Source: an uncultured Ignavibacteriales bacterium (lineage in GTDB: Bacteria > Zixibacteria > MSB-5A5 > GN15 > JAAZOE01). Taken from it: 64,000 bases of DNA. Positions 1 to 10,677 of this stretch are shown in pieces. The DNA lies in the NCBI GenBank assembly GCA_964611355.1, contig CAZSYD010000011.1, positions 1 through 64,000 of the forward strand, in the 5' to 3' direction. The notes beneath the pieces were generated by a model that saw only the letters and a list, made by a program, of their open reading frames with translations, made no database searches and was not told where the DNA came from. The translations under genes were made by a program, and so were the position numbers. The stretch's first letter is position 1, and the number at the start of each line of letters is the position of its first letter.

Positions 1-1982
1 TTCTTCAACTTCTCCGTGAGTTTTTTGATTTCGTCGCGGAGTTGGGCGGCGGTTTCGAATTCGAGGTTGTCGGCGGCTTTTTTCATCGCCTTACGCATGA
101 AGGCAATCTGATCTTCGTAAGTCATATCGTTGAAAAAGCTCGGTTTTTCAAACTCCGGCTCCGTCACGGTACGACTGTCGGCAAAAGCCGTCGCCTGCAT
201 GATTTCTTCGCGCGTTTTGCGGATCGTCTCCGGCGTTATTCCGTGCTCCTTGTTATATTCAAGCTGTTTTAATCGCCGCCGGTTGGTTTCGGCCAGCGCC
301 TTTTCAATGGAGCCGGTAATCCTGTCGGCATAAAAGATAACCTTGCCGGCGGCGTTCCGGGCCGCCCGGCCGGCGGTTTGAATCAGCGACTGTGCGCTGC
401 GCAAAAAACCTTCCTTGTCGGCGTCAAGAATGGCGACAAGTGAAACTTCGGGCAGATCGAGACCTTCACGCAAAAGATTTATGCCAACCAGAACGTCGAA
501 TCTGGCCAGCCGCAGGTCGCGAATCAGTTCGGTGCGGTCGATGGTATCGATTTCGCTGTGCATGTAATGCGCCCTGATATCCAGCTTGACCAGATAATCG
601 GTCAGATCCTCGGCCATCCGCTTGGTCAGCGTCGTCACCAATACCCTTTCACGTGCGGCAGCCCGATCGCGAATCTCGGCAACCAGATCATCAACCTGCG
701 TTTTGACCGGCCGGACTACGACTTCAGGATCGACCAGGCCGGTCGGCCGGATTACCTGCTCGACTATCACACCGTCGGAACGATCCATTTCGTAATCAGC
801 CGGTGTGGCCGAAACAAAGATGATATTTTTCAGAAGCGTTTCGAATTCGTCAAAGAAAAGCGGCCTGTTATCCAGCGCCGAAGGAAGACGGAAACCATGC
901 TCAACAAGCGTTTCTTTGCGGGAACGGTCACCGGCGAACATCCCCCTCACCTGCGGGATCGACTGGTGCGACTCGTCGATGATAGCGAGAAAATCGTCCG
1001 GGAAAAAGTCGATCAAAGTGTAAGGCCTCTCCCCCGGTTTGCGGCCGGTCAGGTGCCGGGAATAATTTTCAATGCCTGAGCAGTACCCGATTTCGCGCAT
1101 CATCTCTAAGTCGTAACGGGTGCGCGATTCGAGCCGCTGCGCTTCCAGCAATTTCCCGGCTGAACGAAACTGCTCCAGCCTTTCAGCCAGTTCTTTTTCA
1201 ATGGCTTTGACGGCTCTTTCCAACTGCGGGTGTGTCGTAACGAAATGTTTGGCCGGATATATGGCGACCCTTTTTCGTTCTTCGATAATTTCCCCGCTGA
1301 CCGGATTGAAGGCGGTAAGTTTTTCGATCTCGTCGCCGAACATCTCGATTCGGAGGGCATCTTCCCTGTAGGCCGGAATAAGCTCAATTGTATCGCCGCG
1401 CACCCGGAAATTGCCGCGCGAAAAATTGATATCGTTGCGGTTATAATGAATATCTATGAGTTGACGAATCATCCTGTCGCGATCGATCTCCTGACCGACC
1501 TCAAGGAAAAGCAAAAGCTCCTTGTAATCTTTGGGAGAGCCGAGACCATAGATGCAGGAAACCGAGGCGATAATAACGACGTCGCTTCGTTCCAGAAGCG
1601 CCGAGGTGGCTCTCAGGCGGAGACGGTCGATATCGTCGTTCATCGAGGTATCTTTTTCGATGAAAGTGTCGGTGGTCGGGATATACGCTTCGGGCTGATA
1701 GTAATCATAGTAACTGATGAAAAATTCGACGGCGTTGTGCGGAAAGAAAGAGCGCATTTCGCCGTATAGTTGAGCCGCCAGGGTCTTGTTGTGCGATAGA
1801 ATAAGAGTCGGGCGATTACAGGCGGCAATGACATTGGCCATAGTAAAAGTCTTGCCCGAACCGGTTACGCCCAGAAGCGTTTGAAACTTCCGGTTCCGGT
1901 TGAGCCCTTCCACGAGTTGAGCTATAGCCTCCGGTTGATCCCCTTTGGGGTTAAAATTGGATTCCAGCCTGAACTTATCCAT
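1..1982 (-). CDS. uvrB: Excinuclease ABC subunit B (3' end runs off the window)
   Basis: Manual minus-strand translation from ATG at 1982 gives [50 protein letters not shown], a UvrB N-terminus with Walker A. Missing from the ORF track because no stop lies inside the window. Confidence 0.97.
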   Translation of the reverse strand, partial: MDKFRLESNFNPKGDQPEAIAQLVEGLNRNRKFQTLLGVTGSGKTFTMANVIAACNRPTLILSHNKTLAAQLYGEMRSFFPHNAVEFFISYYDYYQPEAYIPTTDTFIEKDTSMNDDIDRLRLRATSALLERSDVVIIASVSCIYGLGSPKDYKELLLFLEVGQEIDRDRMIRQLIDIHYNRNDINFSRGNFRVRGDTIELIPAYREDALRIEMFGDEIEKLTAFNPVSGEIIEERKRVAIYPAKHFVTTHPQLERAVKAIEKELAERLEQFRSAGKLLEAQRLESRTRYDLEMMREIGYCSGIENYSRHLTGRKPGERPYTLIDFFPDDFLAIIDESHQSIPQVRGMFAGDRSRKETLVEHGFRLPSALDNRPLFFDEFETLLKNIIFVSATPADYEMDRSDGVIVEQVIRPTGLVDPEVVVRPVKTQVDDLVAEIRDRAAARERVLVTTLTKRMAEDLTDYLVKLDIRAHYMHSEIDTIDRTELIRDLRLARFDVLVGINLLREGLDLPEVSLVAILDADKEGFLRSAQSLIQTAGRAARNAAGKVIFYADRITGSIEKALAETNRRRLKQLEYNKEHGITPETIRKTREEIMQATAFADSRTVTEPEFEKPSFFNDMTYEDQIAFMRKAMKKAADNLEFETAAQLRDEIKKLTEKLK

Positions 1983-2133
1983 AAAACATAAAATAGTAAA
2001 AGCCGGTTAAATTCCAATCATAAGTTACAAAATGATTTGGAGATTATGTTTTTATGAACCGATGTTTTTGTCTCAAGTATAATGTTGAAATAATAATATA
2101 TTGCCCTTTAACGAAGGCGGCGGCAGTTTTTGC

Positions 2134-2161
2134 TTGACTTGTGGCTTATCATGATTAACTT
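2134..2161 (+). promoter_or_regulatory. Putative sigma-70 promoter for rplU-bamA-skp-lpxD
   Basis: TTGACT-N16-TAACTT about 45 nt upstream of the rplU ATG. Confidence 0.45.
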
Positions 2162-2204
2162 CTTAGTTTGAATTCCGGTCGAACCCTTTGGAGGATTTGC
2201 GCTT

Positions 2205-2522
2205 ATGTACGCTGTGGTAGAAACAGGCGGAACTCAGGTTACGGTTGAAGAAGGCACTCAACTGAAAGTACCGCATATAGACAGTAAAGTCGGCGACAAG
2301 ATTACCCTCGACAAGGTGCTTCTCATTTCCGGCGGGACAGAACCGATAGTCGGTCATCCTTATCTCGAAAACGCCAGCGTGGAAGCGGAGCTTGTATCAC
2401 AGGGCAAAGACGACAAGATTACCGTTTTTAAATTCAAACGGCGTACCAAATACCGCCGCACAACAGGGCACCGTCAGAAGTTTACGGAATTGAAAATCAC
2501 CAGGATCAATTCACCCGGCTGA
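2205..2522 (+). CDS. rplU: 50S ribosomal protein L21
   Basis: MYAVVETGG...KITVFKFKRRTKYRRTTGHRQKFT signature; GGAGG RBS. Confidence 0.97.
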   Translation: MYAVVETGGTQVTVEEGTQLKVPHIDSKVGDKITLDKVLLISGGTEPIVGHPYLENASVEAELVSQGKDDKITVFKFKRRTKYRRTTGHRQKFTELKITRINSPG

Positions 2523-2532
2523 CGTTGGACGT

Positions 2533-4896
2533 TTGATGGAACGCGCCATTAGCACGGACAGGCTGAAAAAAAACCGACTGCCGTCCCTTTTGATATTGGT
2601 AGGGGTCTTTTTACTTATTTTCGGACAGGCTGCCGCCCAGCAGTATAAAATCATCGATATTCGCGTCTCCGGTAACGTGCATGTGTCCGAGAAAACGATC
2701 AGGAACGCAGCCGCATTGAAAATCGGAACTGATCTCACCGGCGCAGCCCTGCAGGATGCCGTCAAGAGCCTGTACGCAAAAGGGGTTTTCCGCGATATAG
2801 TAGTTGACGTCGAGCAGGTTACCGCCGGTGTGGTAATAATTATCAAGGTGTCGGAATACCCCAAGCTGTCCGGAATCAATTTCAAGGGGAACAAAAAGAT
2901 CAAGGATAAGGAACTTAAGAAGCTTCTGGAGCTGGCCGTCGGCGGGTATATCAACGATCACCTGGTCGTCCAGTCCGGAAGCAAAATCGAATCGGAATAT
3001 ATATCAAAAGGTTACTTCATGGCGGAAATCGATGCGGAGTTGAAATATGCTCCCGATTCGGCCAACGCGGAGCTAACCTTCAATATCAGGGAGTATAACA
3101 AGGTCAAAGTCGAGCGAGTCGTTCTCACGGGCAACAAACAACTGAAAGCCGATGATCTTATCAAAAAGATATCCAACCGCAAGCGTGGACTTTTTCGCTC
3201 ATCCGATTTTAAGAAGGAAAAATTTCCCGAGGACAAGGAAAAGATCATCGAATACTGCCGTAAGAAAGGTTTTATTGACGCCTATATAGTATCCGATTCG
3301 TCCGTCGTTGATACGGTCAGGAACAGGATGACTATCTATATCAATATATATGAGGGACCGAAATATTATTTCGGCGAAAGCAGCTTCGCGGGCAATGAGA
3401 TATATACGGACGAAGACTTGGGTAAGACCCTTAAATTCAAGTCGGGGCAGGTATTCAATCAGGAAAAATATGAAGAATCGCTGGGGGAACTGTACGGCGC
3501 CTACCAGGAAGAAGGATACCTGCATATACGTATCCTCGACCAGATACAAACGGCTGATTCGACCGTTAATATCGATTATGACATCACGGAGGGTCTGCCC
3601 TCGGAAGTCAGGCTGATCGAGATTACCGGAAATACAAAGACCAAGGAAAAAGTGATCCGTCGGGAAATGTTGATGCGCCCCGGCATGACCTTCCGACGCT
3701 CGATTTTGATGCGCTCCCTTCGCGATATCACCCAACTGAATTACTTTTCCGACGTGGTTCCCGATGTCCGCGATCTGCCTTCAGGCGATGTGGACCTGAT
3801 AATAAAAGTCGAGGAGAAACCGACGGCCCAGGTTTCCGCCGGAGCCGGTTATTCCGGTCAGGACAAACTGGTCGGAACATTCGGGTTGGGGATTCCCAAT
3901 TTTCGGGGAAACGGACAGAACGTAAATATCAGCGTTGACTTTGGTTCGCGCCGCAGTTCGATTTCGTTGAGCTTCACCGAACCCTGGTTTATGGGTACGC
4001 CGACTCTGGTGGGATTTGAAATCTACAATCTCGACCGCCGCTGGTACGATGATTTTACCGAAGGCCGGCGCGGCGGCTCGCTCCGTCTGGGAAGGCGGTT
4101 GAGATGGCCGGATAATTACTTTCGTGTTTACTGGCGGTACCGTCTGGAAAGCGTCAAGTACCATGATTTTGATGAAGCCTACCTGACGCAAAACGGTGAA
4201 ACGGTTATCAACTCCTATGGTGAGACGGTATACAGACCGTTTGAGAATTCGCTTATGGCATTCAACGAGGAATGGCTGCGTACGTCGGCCATGTCATTTA
4301 CCGTGGAACGCGACAGCCGTGACCTGCCGATTTTCGCCACTTCCGGAGCGCAAATCGCTTATACCGGCGAAGTATCGGGAGGTATCCTCGGCGGAAGGTG
4401 GGAATATTACAAGCACCTTTTCGTGGCCAGCAAATACATCCCCCTGATATGGGGTGCGGCCCTGGTGGGTTCCAGCAAGTTCGGGTACATCAGCACCAAA
4501 GACAACGACCTGATACCATACTCGGAAAGGTTTTCTCCCGGCGGCGTCGATCCCGACGGTACCGTGCGCGGCTATCCGGATGCTTCGCTGTCGCCGAGAA
4601 GCTCGACCGGCTCCATTCTGGGCGGCATGTCGGAGGTTATTTATGATGCCCAGATTCAACTGCCGATCGTCAAAGGACAAATGTACGGACTGATTTTCGC
4701 CGACGCCGGAACGGCCTGGCTGAGTCGAAAAGAAATCAGGCCGTTTTCGCATCTCTACAAAAGCGTTGGCGTCGGTTTCCGCCTGATCGTCCCCAGCGTG
4801 GGCGTGATCGGGTTTGATTTCGGATACGCTCTCGATGAACTTCGCGGAGAAAAAAAAGGCTGGCGGCCGCATTTCCAGATATCGCCAGGATATTAA
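2533..4896 (+). CDS. bamA: Outer membrane protein assembly factor BamA
   Basis: Signal peptide, repeated POTRA motifs (I.I.GN; GNTKTKEKVIRRE), VRGY motif, C-terminal barrel; adjacent to skp and lpxD. Confidence 0.95.
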   Translation: MMERAISTDRLKKNRLPSLLILVGVFLLIFGQAAAQQYKIIDIRVSGNVHVSEKTIRNAAALKIGTDLTGAALQDAVKSLYAKGVFRDIVVDVEQVTAGVVIIIKVSEYPKLSGINFKGNKKIKDKELKKLLELAVGGYINDHLVVQSGSKIESEYISKGYFMAEIDAELKYAPDSANAELTFNIREYNKVKVERVVLTGNKQLKADDLIKKISNRKRGLFRSSDFKKEKFPEDKEKIIEYCRKKGFIDAYIVSDSSVVDTVRNRMTIYINIYEGPKYYFGESSFAGNEIYTDEDLGKTLKFKSGQVFNQEKYEESLGELYGAYQEEGYLHIRILDQIQTADSTVNIDYDITEGLPSEVRLIEITGNTKTKEKVIRREMLMRPGMTFRRSILMRSLRDITQLNYFSDVVPDVRDLPSGDVDLIIKVEEKPTAQVSAGAGYSGQDKLVGTFGLGIPNFRGNGQNVNISVDFGSRRSSISLSFTEPWFMGTPTLVGFEIYNLDRRWYDDFTEGRRGGSLRLGRRLRWPDNYFRVYWRYRLESVKYHDFDEAYLTQNGETVINSYGETVYRPFENSLMAFNEEWLRTSAMSFTVERDSRDLPIFATSGAQIAYTGEVSGGILGGRWEYYKHLFVASKYIPLIWGAALVGSSKFGYISTKDNDLIPYSERFSPGGVDPDGTVRGYPDASLSPRSSTGSILGGMSEVIYDAQIQLPIVKGQMYGLIFADAGTAWLSRKEIRPFSHLYKSVGVGFRLIVPSVGVIGFDFGYALDELRGEKKGWRPHFQISPGY

Positions 4897-4935
4897 CATA
4901 CGAATCGGAAAAAAGAAACGATAAAGGAGAATGTA

Positions 4936-5454
4936 ATGGTTAGACTGTTCAAATTTCCGGCGTTGCTTGTTTCAATAATATTGCTATTAGGTGGTAATGC
5001 GTTGGCCCAGAAGTCCGGCTTTATCGATTCGGAGAAAATCCAGCAGAATTACAAGGAATGGGCCAAAGCACAGGAGCAGTTTAATACCGAGATGAAGGCA
5101 TGGGAAGACGAAGCGGCTCGGATGCAACAGGAATTGCAGGAAGCGGGTGATGAATACCAAAGGCAAAAGCTGATCCTCTCGGCGGAGAAAAAGGCTGAAA
5201 AAGAAGCCGCAATCAACGCCAAGGATCAGGCTCTGGCTTCCTTCACGCGTGAAATCTCCGGCCCCGGCGGACGGGCGGAACAGCGCATGGCGGAGTTGGT
5301 TAAACCGCTCTATGAAAAAATCCAGGCCGCCATCGAAAAGCTGGCTATAGAAAAAAACTACGATTTTATCTTCAACTCGGCCGGCCTGGCTTACGCAAAA
5401 AAAGATCTTGATGTAACCGATGAGGTACTCGAGATTCTGGAAAGCGAAAATTAA
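4936..5454 (+). CDS. skp: OmpH/Skp periplasmic chaperone
   Basis: Signal peptide, GFIDSEKI, long coiled coil, YDFIF...DVTDEVL; lies between bamA and lpxD. Confidence 0.92.
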   Translation: MVRLFKFPALLVSIILLLGGNALAQKSGFIDSEKIQQNYKEWAKAQEQFNTEMKAWEDEAARMQQELQEAGDEYQRQKLILSAEKKAEKEAAINAKDQALASFTREISGPGGRAEQRMAELVKPLYEKIQAAIEKLAIEKNYDFIFNSAGLAYAKKDLDVTDEVLEILESEN

Positions 5455-5456
5455 CC

Positions 5457-6479
5457 CTGGCCTTTACTGTCAGACAATTGGCCGAAAAAGTCGGCGCCAG
5501 GTACCGGGGCGACGGCGAAGTCCTTATCGAATCGGCGGCCCCGATTGAATCGGCCGGGCCGGGGCAGATATCTTTCCTTTCCAACCCCGCCTATAAAAAA
5601 TATCTGACCACCACAAAAGCATCGGCTCTGGTCATCTCTCCGGACACAAATGTCGAGCATTGCAGCGCCATAGTCGGCGATAATCCCTATCTCCTGTTCT
5701 CAAGCATAATCGATTGCCTGTATCCCCCGGTTTATCCAAAAGAATGGGGCGTTCATCCCACGGCGACAGTGGCCGAATCGTGCCACCTGCCGGAAAAGAT
5801 CGAAATCGGTCCCCACGTAGTCATCGAAAATAGCGTGGCTATTGGCGAGGAGACGATCATTAAGGCCGGCACTTTTATCGGCAAAGATACGATCATCGGC
5901 CAAAACTGCCTGATTCAACCGAACGTTTCCATCATGCACGGAAGTAAAATAGGAAACAACGTCACTATCTACGCCGGAACGGTTATCGGGTCGGACGGCT
6001 TCGGCTTTGCGCCTACCGAGCCGGGTAAAGAATATAAGAAGGTCAGGCAAATGGGCTGGGTGGAGATCGGCGATAATGTTGAAATCGGCGCCAACGTTAC
6101 CATCGACCGAGGCGCCATGGGGCCGACCGTCATCGAGCGCGGCGTCAAGATCGATAACCTGGTAATGATCGCTCACAACGTTCGCATCGGGGAGAACTCG
6201 ATTATCGTCGGCCAGGTGGGTATTTCCGGTTCTTCAAAGCTGGGCAAGGCGGTTATTCTGGCCGGACAGGTCGGCCTGGCGGGCCATATCAAAATCGGCG
6301 ACGGGGCCATCGTCGGCGCTCAGTCCGGCGTATCCAAATCGCTTGAAGGGGGCAAAGTATATTTCGGCTACCCGGCCCGGCCGATTATGGAATCGAAACG
6401 GATCGAAGCCGCGTTGCGTCAACTGCCGAAACTTATGAAGCGTGTATCACAACTGGAACGGAGCCCGGATAAAAAATAA
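5457..6479 (+). CDS. lpxD: UDP-3-O-(3-hydroxyacyl)glucosamine N-acyltransferase
   Basis: Hexapeptide repeats, IGSDGFGF, TIDRGA, KIDNLVMIAHNV. Start is either TTG at 5478 or the in-frame CTG at 5457. Confidence 0.95.
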   Translation: MAFTVRQLAEKVGARYRGDGEVLIESAAPIESAGPGQISFLSNPAYKKYLTTTKASALVISPDTNVEHCSAIVGDNPYLLFSSIIDCLYPPVYPKEWGVHPTATVAESCHLPEKIEIGPHVVIENSVAIGEETIIKAGTFIGKDTIIGQNCLIQPNVSIMHGSKIGNNVTIYAGTVIGSDGFGFAPTEPGKEYKKVRQMGWVEIGDNVEIGANVTIDRGAMGPTVIERGVKIDNLVMIAHNVRIGENSIIVGQVGISGSSKLGKAVILAGQVGLAGHIKIGDGAIVGAQSGVSKSLEGGKVYFGYPARPIMESKRIEAALRQLPKLMKRVSQLERSPDKK

Positions 6480-6862
6480 TAAATTACGGTTCAACCGACC
6501 TGTCTTAAGCCGGAATTGCCATCAGGTCGATGGCTCTATTGTCTTCCAAAATATCTGATTATGTCAACATGTTTACCGGCGCGCCAGTCTTTATATTTAT
6601 CCAGTGGTCTCCCCCGCCAAATTATCTCCGGCTAAGGCAAAGGCGATGAAACGGAAACCGTATCAACGCGCATCAACAATCCCTGCTGACGGAAGTAATG
6701 ATCTCCCTGCGGGGAATACGAAAGGCCGTAATCGATATAGACCGGACCGCAGCAGGTTAAAAAACGCCGGGCCGGGACAGCGATTAAAAAGATAATAAGC
6801 CGCCGACAGCACGGCGACCGGCCGGCCGGCGATCCTTGAGAATGCCCGCATGGCAATCTCAA

Positions 6863-7285
6863 TCAGAACGGCAGATCGTCGTCTTCGGCGTCAAGATCAC
6901 CGCCCGGCGGTGGCGGCGGCGGTTCGGAAGTTCCGCCTTCATTGGGCTGTGCGCCTCGACTGCCCAAAAGCTGCATCCGCTGGCCGACGATTTCGGTGAC
7001 ATACCTCTTGATCCCGTCTTTGTCTTCGTAACTCCGGTTTTGAATTCGGCCTTCGATATAAACGGGACTCCCCTTGCGGAGATATTCCTTGGCAATCTCA
7101 GCCTGACGGCTCCAAAGAACAATACGGTGCCATTCGGTTTGTTCCTGCGGCTGGCCATCCTTGTTTTTCCATTTTTCAGTAGTGGCGATACTGAACGAGG
7201 TCACCGCCGCACCAGACGGGGTATAGCGCAGTTCCGGGTCAGCGCCCAAATTTCCGATAAGAATAGCTTTGTTGACCGAAGCCAT
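6863..7285 (-). CDS. ssb: Single-stranded DNA-binding protein
   Basis: [21 protein letters not shown]-terminus and DDDLPF C-terminal tail. Confidence 0.98.
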   Translation of the reverse strand: MASVNKAILIGNLGADPELRYTPSGAAVTSFSIATTEKWKNKDGQPQEQTEWHRIVLWSRQAEIAKEYLRKGSPVYIEGRIQNRSYEDKDGIKRYVTEIVGQRMQLLGSRGAQPNEGGTSEPPPPPPGGDLDAEDDDLPF

Positions 7286-7417
7286 AGTTCCCTCCAGAAT
7301 TTTGCCGCAATATAGACGACCGCACGATTCTTGTCAACCGGATCGGTGCGGTCGCCGTCACAAATTGGTTGCCCGCCGTAATAAAAGCCGTATATTTGCC
7401 GAATATCGGGAGATTTT

Positions 7418-8221
7418 ATGGGCAGGATATCGGATACTAAGACGGCTGTCTCACGGATAATTGATTTTATTGGCAATTTTACCGCCGCCAGCGGTTTTTC
7501 GAGCCTGGTGGTCGGTCTTTCCGGAGGGGTTGATTCGTCCCTGTCGGCCGTTCTGGGGGTTAGCGCGATCGGAAATGACAATATAGTTGGCCTGATAATG
7601 CCGCACAGAAGCTCCTCGCCTGATTCGGAGCAAGACGCAAGGCTGGTGGCGGAGAAATTCGGCATTAGAATCGAAAAGATCGATATTTCGCCCATGATCG
7701 ACGCCTATTTCGGTAACAGGGAAGTCTCGGCTATTCGCAAGGGAAACAAAATGGCTCGAGAACGGATGTCTTTGCTGTTCGACGTGGCCGCTCGCGAAAA
7801 CAGCCTGGTACTGGGAACGTCGAACAAGACGGAAACCTGCCTCGGATATACCACCTGGCACGGAGACGCCGCCTGTTCCCTGAATCCGCTGGGTGGCCTG
7901 TATAAACGCGAGATTCGGCGAATGGCCGAACATCTGGGTATTCCAAGCCATATAATAAAGAAAAACCCGACCGCCGATCTCTGGCCGGGCCAAACCGACG
8001 AGGAAGATCTGGGAATCAGCTACGATACAGCCGATAAAGTTCTTTTCGCCCTGATCGAGGAGGGCGAGCGGACGCTGGCAAATCTGACCGAAACCGGCGC
8101 CGATGAAAAGACCATCAGGTCTATAGTCGATAGAATCAATCGTTTTGCCTTCAAGCGTTCCGCTCCCGCTACCGACCTGCTGGGCGGCGAGATGGTTCCG
8201 ACAAGGGTAGTCCTTTCGTAG
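7418..8221 (+). CDS. nadE: NH3-dependent NAD+ synthetase
   Basis: GLSGGVDS, GNKMARERM, GTSNKTE, PTADLWPGQTDE; no glutaminase domain. Confidence 0.93.
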   Translation: MGRISDTKTAVSRIIDFIGNFTAASGFSSLVVGLSGGVDSSLSAVLGVSAIGNDNIVGLIMPHRSSSPDSEQDARLVAEKFGIRIEKIDISPMIDAYFGNREVSAIRKGNKMARERMSLLFDVAARENSLVLGTSNKTETCLGYTTWHGDAACSLNPLGGLYKREIRRMAEHLGIPSHIIKKNPTADLWPGQTDEEDLGISYDTADKVLFALIEEGERTLANLTETGADEKTIRSIVDRINRFAFKRSAPATDLLGGEMVPTRVVLS

Positions 8222-8231
8222 TATAAAGGTC

Positions 8232-8924
8232 ATGTCGAATCCGGGGAAATTATACCTTGTGCCGACGCCAATCGGTAACCTTGAGGATATAACACAGCGG
8301 GCGCTCAGGGTTTTAAGTGAGGTTGACCTGATTGCGTGCGAAGATACCCGGAGAAGCGGCCGACTTCTGACCCATTTCGGCATTAAGAAGAAAAAAGTCA
8401 GCTATTTTGAGCATAATGAAGCCAAGCGGGTACCTCAAATTATTTCGGCTCTAATGGAAGGCATGTCGGTCGCCGTAATCTCGGACGGCGGCAGTCCGGG
8501 GTTGTCCGATCCGGCCTACCGAATAGTAACAGCGGCCATAGAACAGGCCATCCCTGTGGAGGCGCTTCCGGGGGCAAATGCGGCCATTCCCGCCCTGACG
8601 GCTTCCGGAATGCCGACCGACAGGTTTTTTTTCGAGGGATTCCTGCCGGTAAAATCCGAGAAGCGGAAAAAAAGACTAAGACAGCTAAAGGAATATCCTC
8701 ATACCCTGGTGATTTATGAATCAGTTCACCGGATAAAAAAATCCCTGTCCGATATTACTGAAATCTTCGCCGACAGGCGGGTATGCGTAGCTCGTGAGAT
8801 AAGCAAAATCCATGAAGAATATATCCGAGGAACGGCTTCTGAAATTGCCGGGCGTTTCAAGGATAAAGCACCCAAGGGCGAATTTACGATTATCATAATG
8901 GGAAACAGAGATGCCGAAAAATAA
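8232..8924 (+). CDS. rsmI: 16S rRNA (cytidine1402-2'-O)-methyltransferase
   Basis: LYLVPTPIGNLEDIT, ACEDTR, SDGGSPGLSDP, REISKIHEE. Confidence 0.96.
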   Translation: MSNPGKLYLVPTPIGNLEDITQRALRVLSEVDLIACEDTRRSGRLLTHFGIKKKKVSYFEHNEAKRVPQIISALMEGMSVAVISDGGSPGLSDPAYRIVTAAIEQAIPVEALPGANAAIPALTASGMPTDRFFFEGFLPVKSEKRKKRLRQLKEYPHTLVIYESVHRIKKSLSDITEIFADRRVCVAREISKIHEEYIRGTASEIAGRFKDKAPKGEFTIIIMGNRDAEK

Positions 8925-9861
8925 GGCTCATCTTTTTGAGGATTTCTTCCACGGGCTTCTACCGTTTGATCATCTGATGTTGATATACTGCTGGATAATC
9001 ATCGTCCTGACCGTCAATTTCGCCCATTCGATTGACGATTACCCCGGCGTTCTGGCTTTCCATTTCGGCATGATTGTCCTGGTGGTTCTTCTGGTGCAGT
9101 TTGCCCGGTCAGAAACAAATCGCTTCGTGGTTCTGATAAGGCTTCTTTATCCCGTGTTTGCGCTGACATTCTTATACCAGCACTGCGGCAAGCTGATTCA
9201 TATCATCGCTGCCGGATATTTCGATTACGGGGTAGTGGCGCTGGAAAAGTCAATTATCGGCGCAAACATCACTCTCTGGCTTGATGCAAGGTCAAGCGTT
9301 TTCCTGACGGAACTGATGTCGGCGGGATATTTCTCTTATTATTTTATGATAGCCGGTCTGGCTTTTATTTTGTTTTTCAGCCGTCGGGACAGGGAGATCA
9401 AACGTTTCATGACCGCCACCTGCGCCACTTTTTTCATTTCGTATTTGATCTTTATATTTTACCCGGTGGCAGGACCGCGATTTCATCTGGCTTCCGCGTA
9501 TCAAAATGAACTCACCGGCCCATTCTTTCGTCAACTGGTGAACATGGTCATTAATGGCGCGGCCTTCCGGGGCGGAGCCATGCCTTCCTCCCATGTGGCC
9601 GAAGCCATGGTGGTTATGTATTTTGCCATACGATTCTATGGGAAAAAGGCCTGCTTTTTGGTTCCGATTGTTATCTGCCTGGCTCTGGGAACCGTGTACG
9701 GCAGATTTCACTACGTAACAGATGTCGTTATTGGCATTATCCTGGGAACGATAACCACGTGGCTGACCGTAAAGTTCTATCCGATGGATAAAGAGTCAAC
9801 CAGGGATATAAAACTAACCGATTCTGATATAGGGAAACGATATGTATCGCACAATATTTGA
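8911..9861 (+). CDS. PAP2-superfamily integral membrane phosphatase/phosphotransferase (Aur1/PAP2_3-like)
   Basis: Multiple TM helices; YPVAGPR, AMPSSHVA and RFHYVTDV motifs. Confidence 0.8.
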   Translation: MPKNKAHLFEDFFHGLLPFDHLMLIYCWIIIVLTVNFAHSIDDYPGVLAFHFGMIVLVVLLVQFARSETNRFVVLIRLLYPVFALTFLYQHCGKLIHIIAAGYFDYGVVALEKSIIGANITLWLDARSSVFLTELMSAGYFSYYFMIAGLAFILFFSRRDREIKRFMTATCATFFISYLIFIFYPVAGPRFHLASAYQNELTGPFFRQLVNMVINGAAFRGGAMPSSHVAEAMVVMYFAIRFYGKKACFLVPIVICLALGTVYGRFHYVTDVVIGIILGTITTWLTVKFYPMDKESTRDIKLTDSDIGKRYVSHNI

Positions 9862-10675
9862 AATCGGGCCTTTTGCTCTTCACAGCTACGGCCTGATGAT
9901 TGCCCTGGCCTTCTTTGCAGGTATCTGGTACGTCAAGAAACGCAGCCGGGCCGAGAACCTGCCGTTTGAAAAAATGCTGACGATCGCCTATATCCTTGTT
10001 TTTTGCGGCGTCATCGGGGCCCGTTTGTCGTATGTCTTCCTGCATCTGCCGGAATTCGCCGACGATCCGCTATCGGCTATAAACCCGTTTCACGGCGACC
10101 ATTTCGGTATCGCCGGTCTCAACCTGTACGGAGGAGTAATCCTGGCCGTTCTGGCGACCCTGCTTTACCTCCGGATAAAGAAGCAGCCGCTCCTGCCGGT
10201 CTTCGACCTATTTGCTCCAGCCATGGGTCTGGGAATCGGAATCGGCCGGATCGGGTGTTTTCTCAACGGCTGCTGTTTCGGTATCCCGACCAATCTCCCT
10301 TGGGGCATTACATTCCCGCCAGATTCCATACCCTACGCTTATTTCGGCTCGCAGCCAATTCATCCATCCCAGCTTTATACTTCAGCGTACGGGTGGATAC
10401 TATTCGTTATTCTCCATCGAATTATTAAACGGAAAAGATTCGATGGCCAGGTACTGGCCGCGCTGTTTATGATGGAGTCGGTCTTCAGGTATCTGATTGA
10501 ATATGTCCGGTATTACGAAACCGAGATGAAATTTTCTTTCTTGGGTATGGAGCCGACCTATAATCAACTTGCCTCGCTGCTTCTTTTTATTGGTGGATTA
10601 ATTCTGTATCTAAAGGCGCCGAGAAAACTATATCGCGAAACCGACTTTCCCGAACAACAGGCCAGCATATCCTAA
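9842..10675 (+). CDS. lgt: Prolipoprotein diacylglyceryl transferase
   Basis: HSYGLM, GARL, GRIGCFLNGCCFG, HPSQLY, RYLIEYVR. Confidence 0.95.
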   Translation: MYRTIFEIGPFALHSYGLMIALAFFAGIWYVKKRSRAENLPFEKMLTIAYILVFCGVIGARLSYVFLHLPEFADDPLSAINPFHGDHFGIAGLNLYGGVILAVLATLLYLRIKKQPLLPVFDLFAPAMGLGIGIGRIGCFLNGCCFGIPTNLPWGITFPPDSIPYAYFGSQPIHPSQLYTSAYGWILFVILHRIIKRKRFDGQVLAALFMMESVFRYLIEYVRYYETEMKFSFLGMEPTYNQLASLLLFIGGLILYLKAPRKLYRETDFPEQQASIS

Positions 10676-10677
10676 AG

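Noticed and set aside
42..1834. Several plus-strand and short minus-strand ORFs in the track
   Set aside because: They are shadows of uvrB, which occupies the minus strand over this whole interval.
2056..2067. GAAC-N4-GTTT upstream of uvrB resembling a Gram-positive LexA box
   Set aside because: Single imperfect site in AT-rich DNA, the LexA motif for this lineage is unknown to me, and I saw no matching site at ssb.
6480..6862. 380 nt intergenic region with short ORFs, a GACCTG..CAGGTC hairpin and a GGCAAA..GAAA stretch vaguely like a c-di-GMP riboswitch
   Set aside because: The ORFs lack an RBS or protein-like composition, the riboswitch P2/P1 elements are not present, and the region lies between convergent genes.
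7451..8383. Long antisense ORFs (310 aa here; also 19595-20278, 39767-40582, 48336-49094)
   Set aside because: Each lies opposite a well-supported gene and shows no recognisable motifs.
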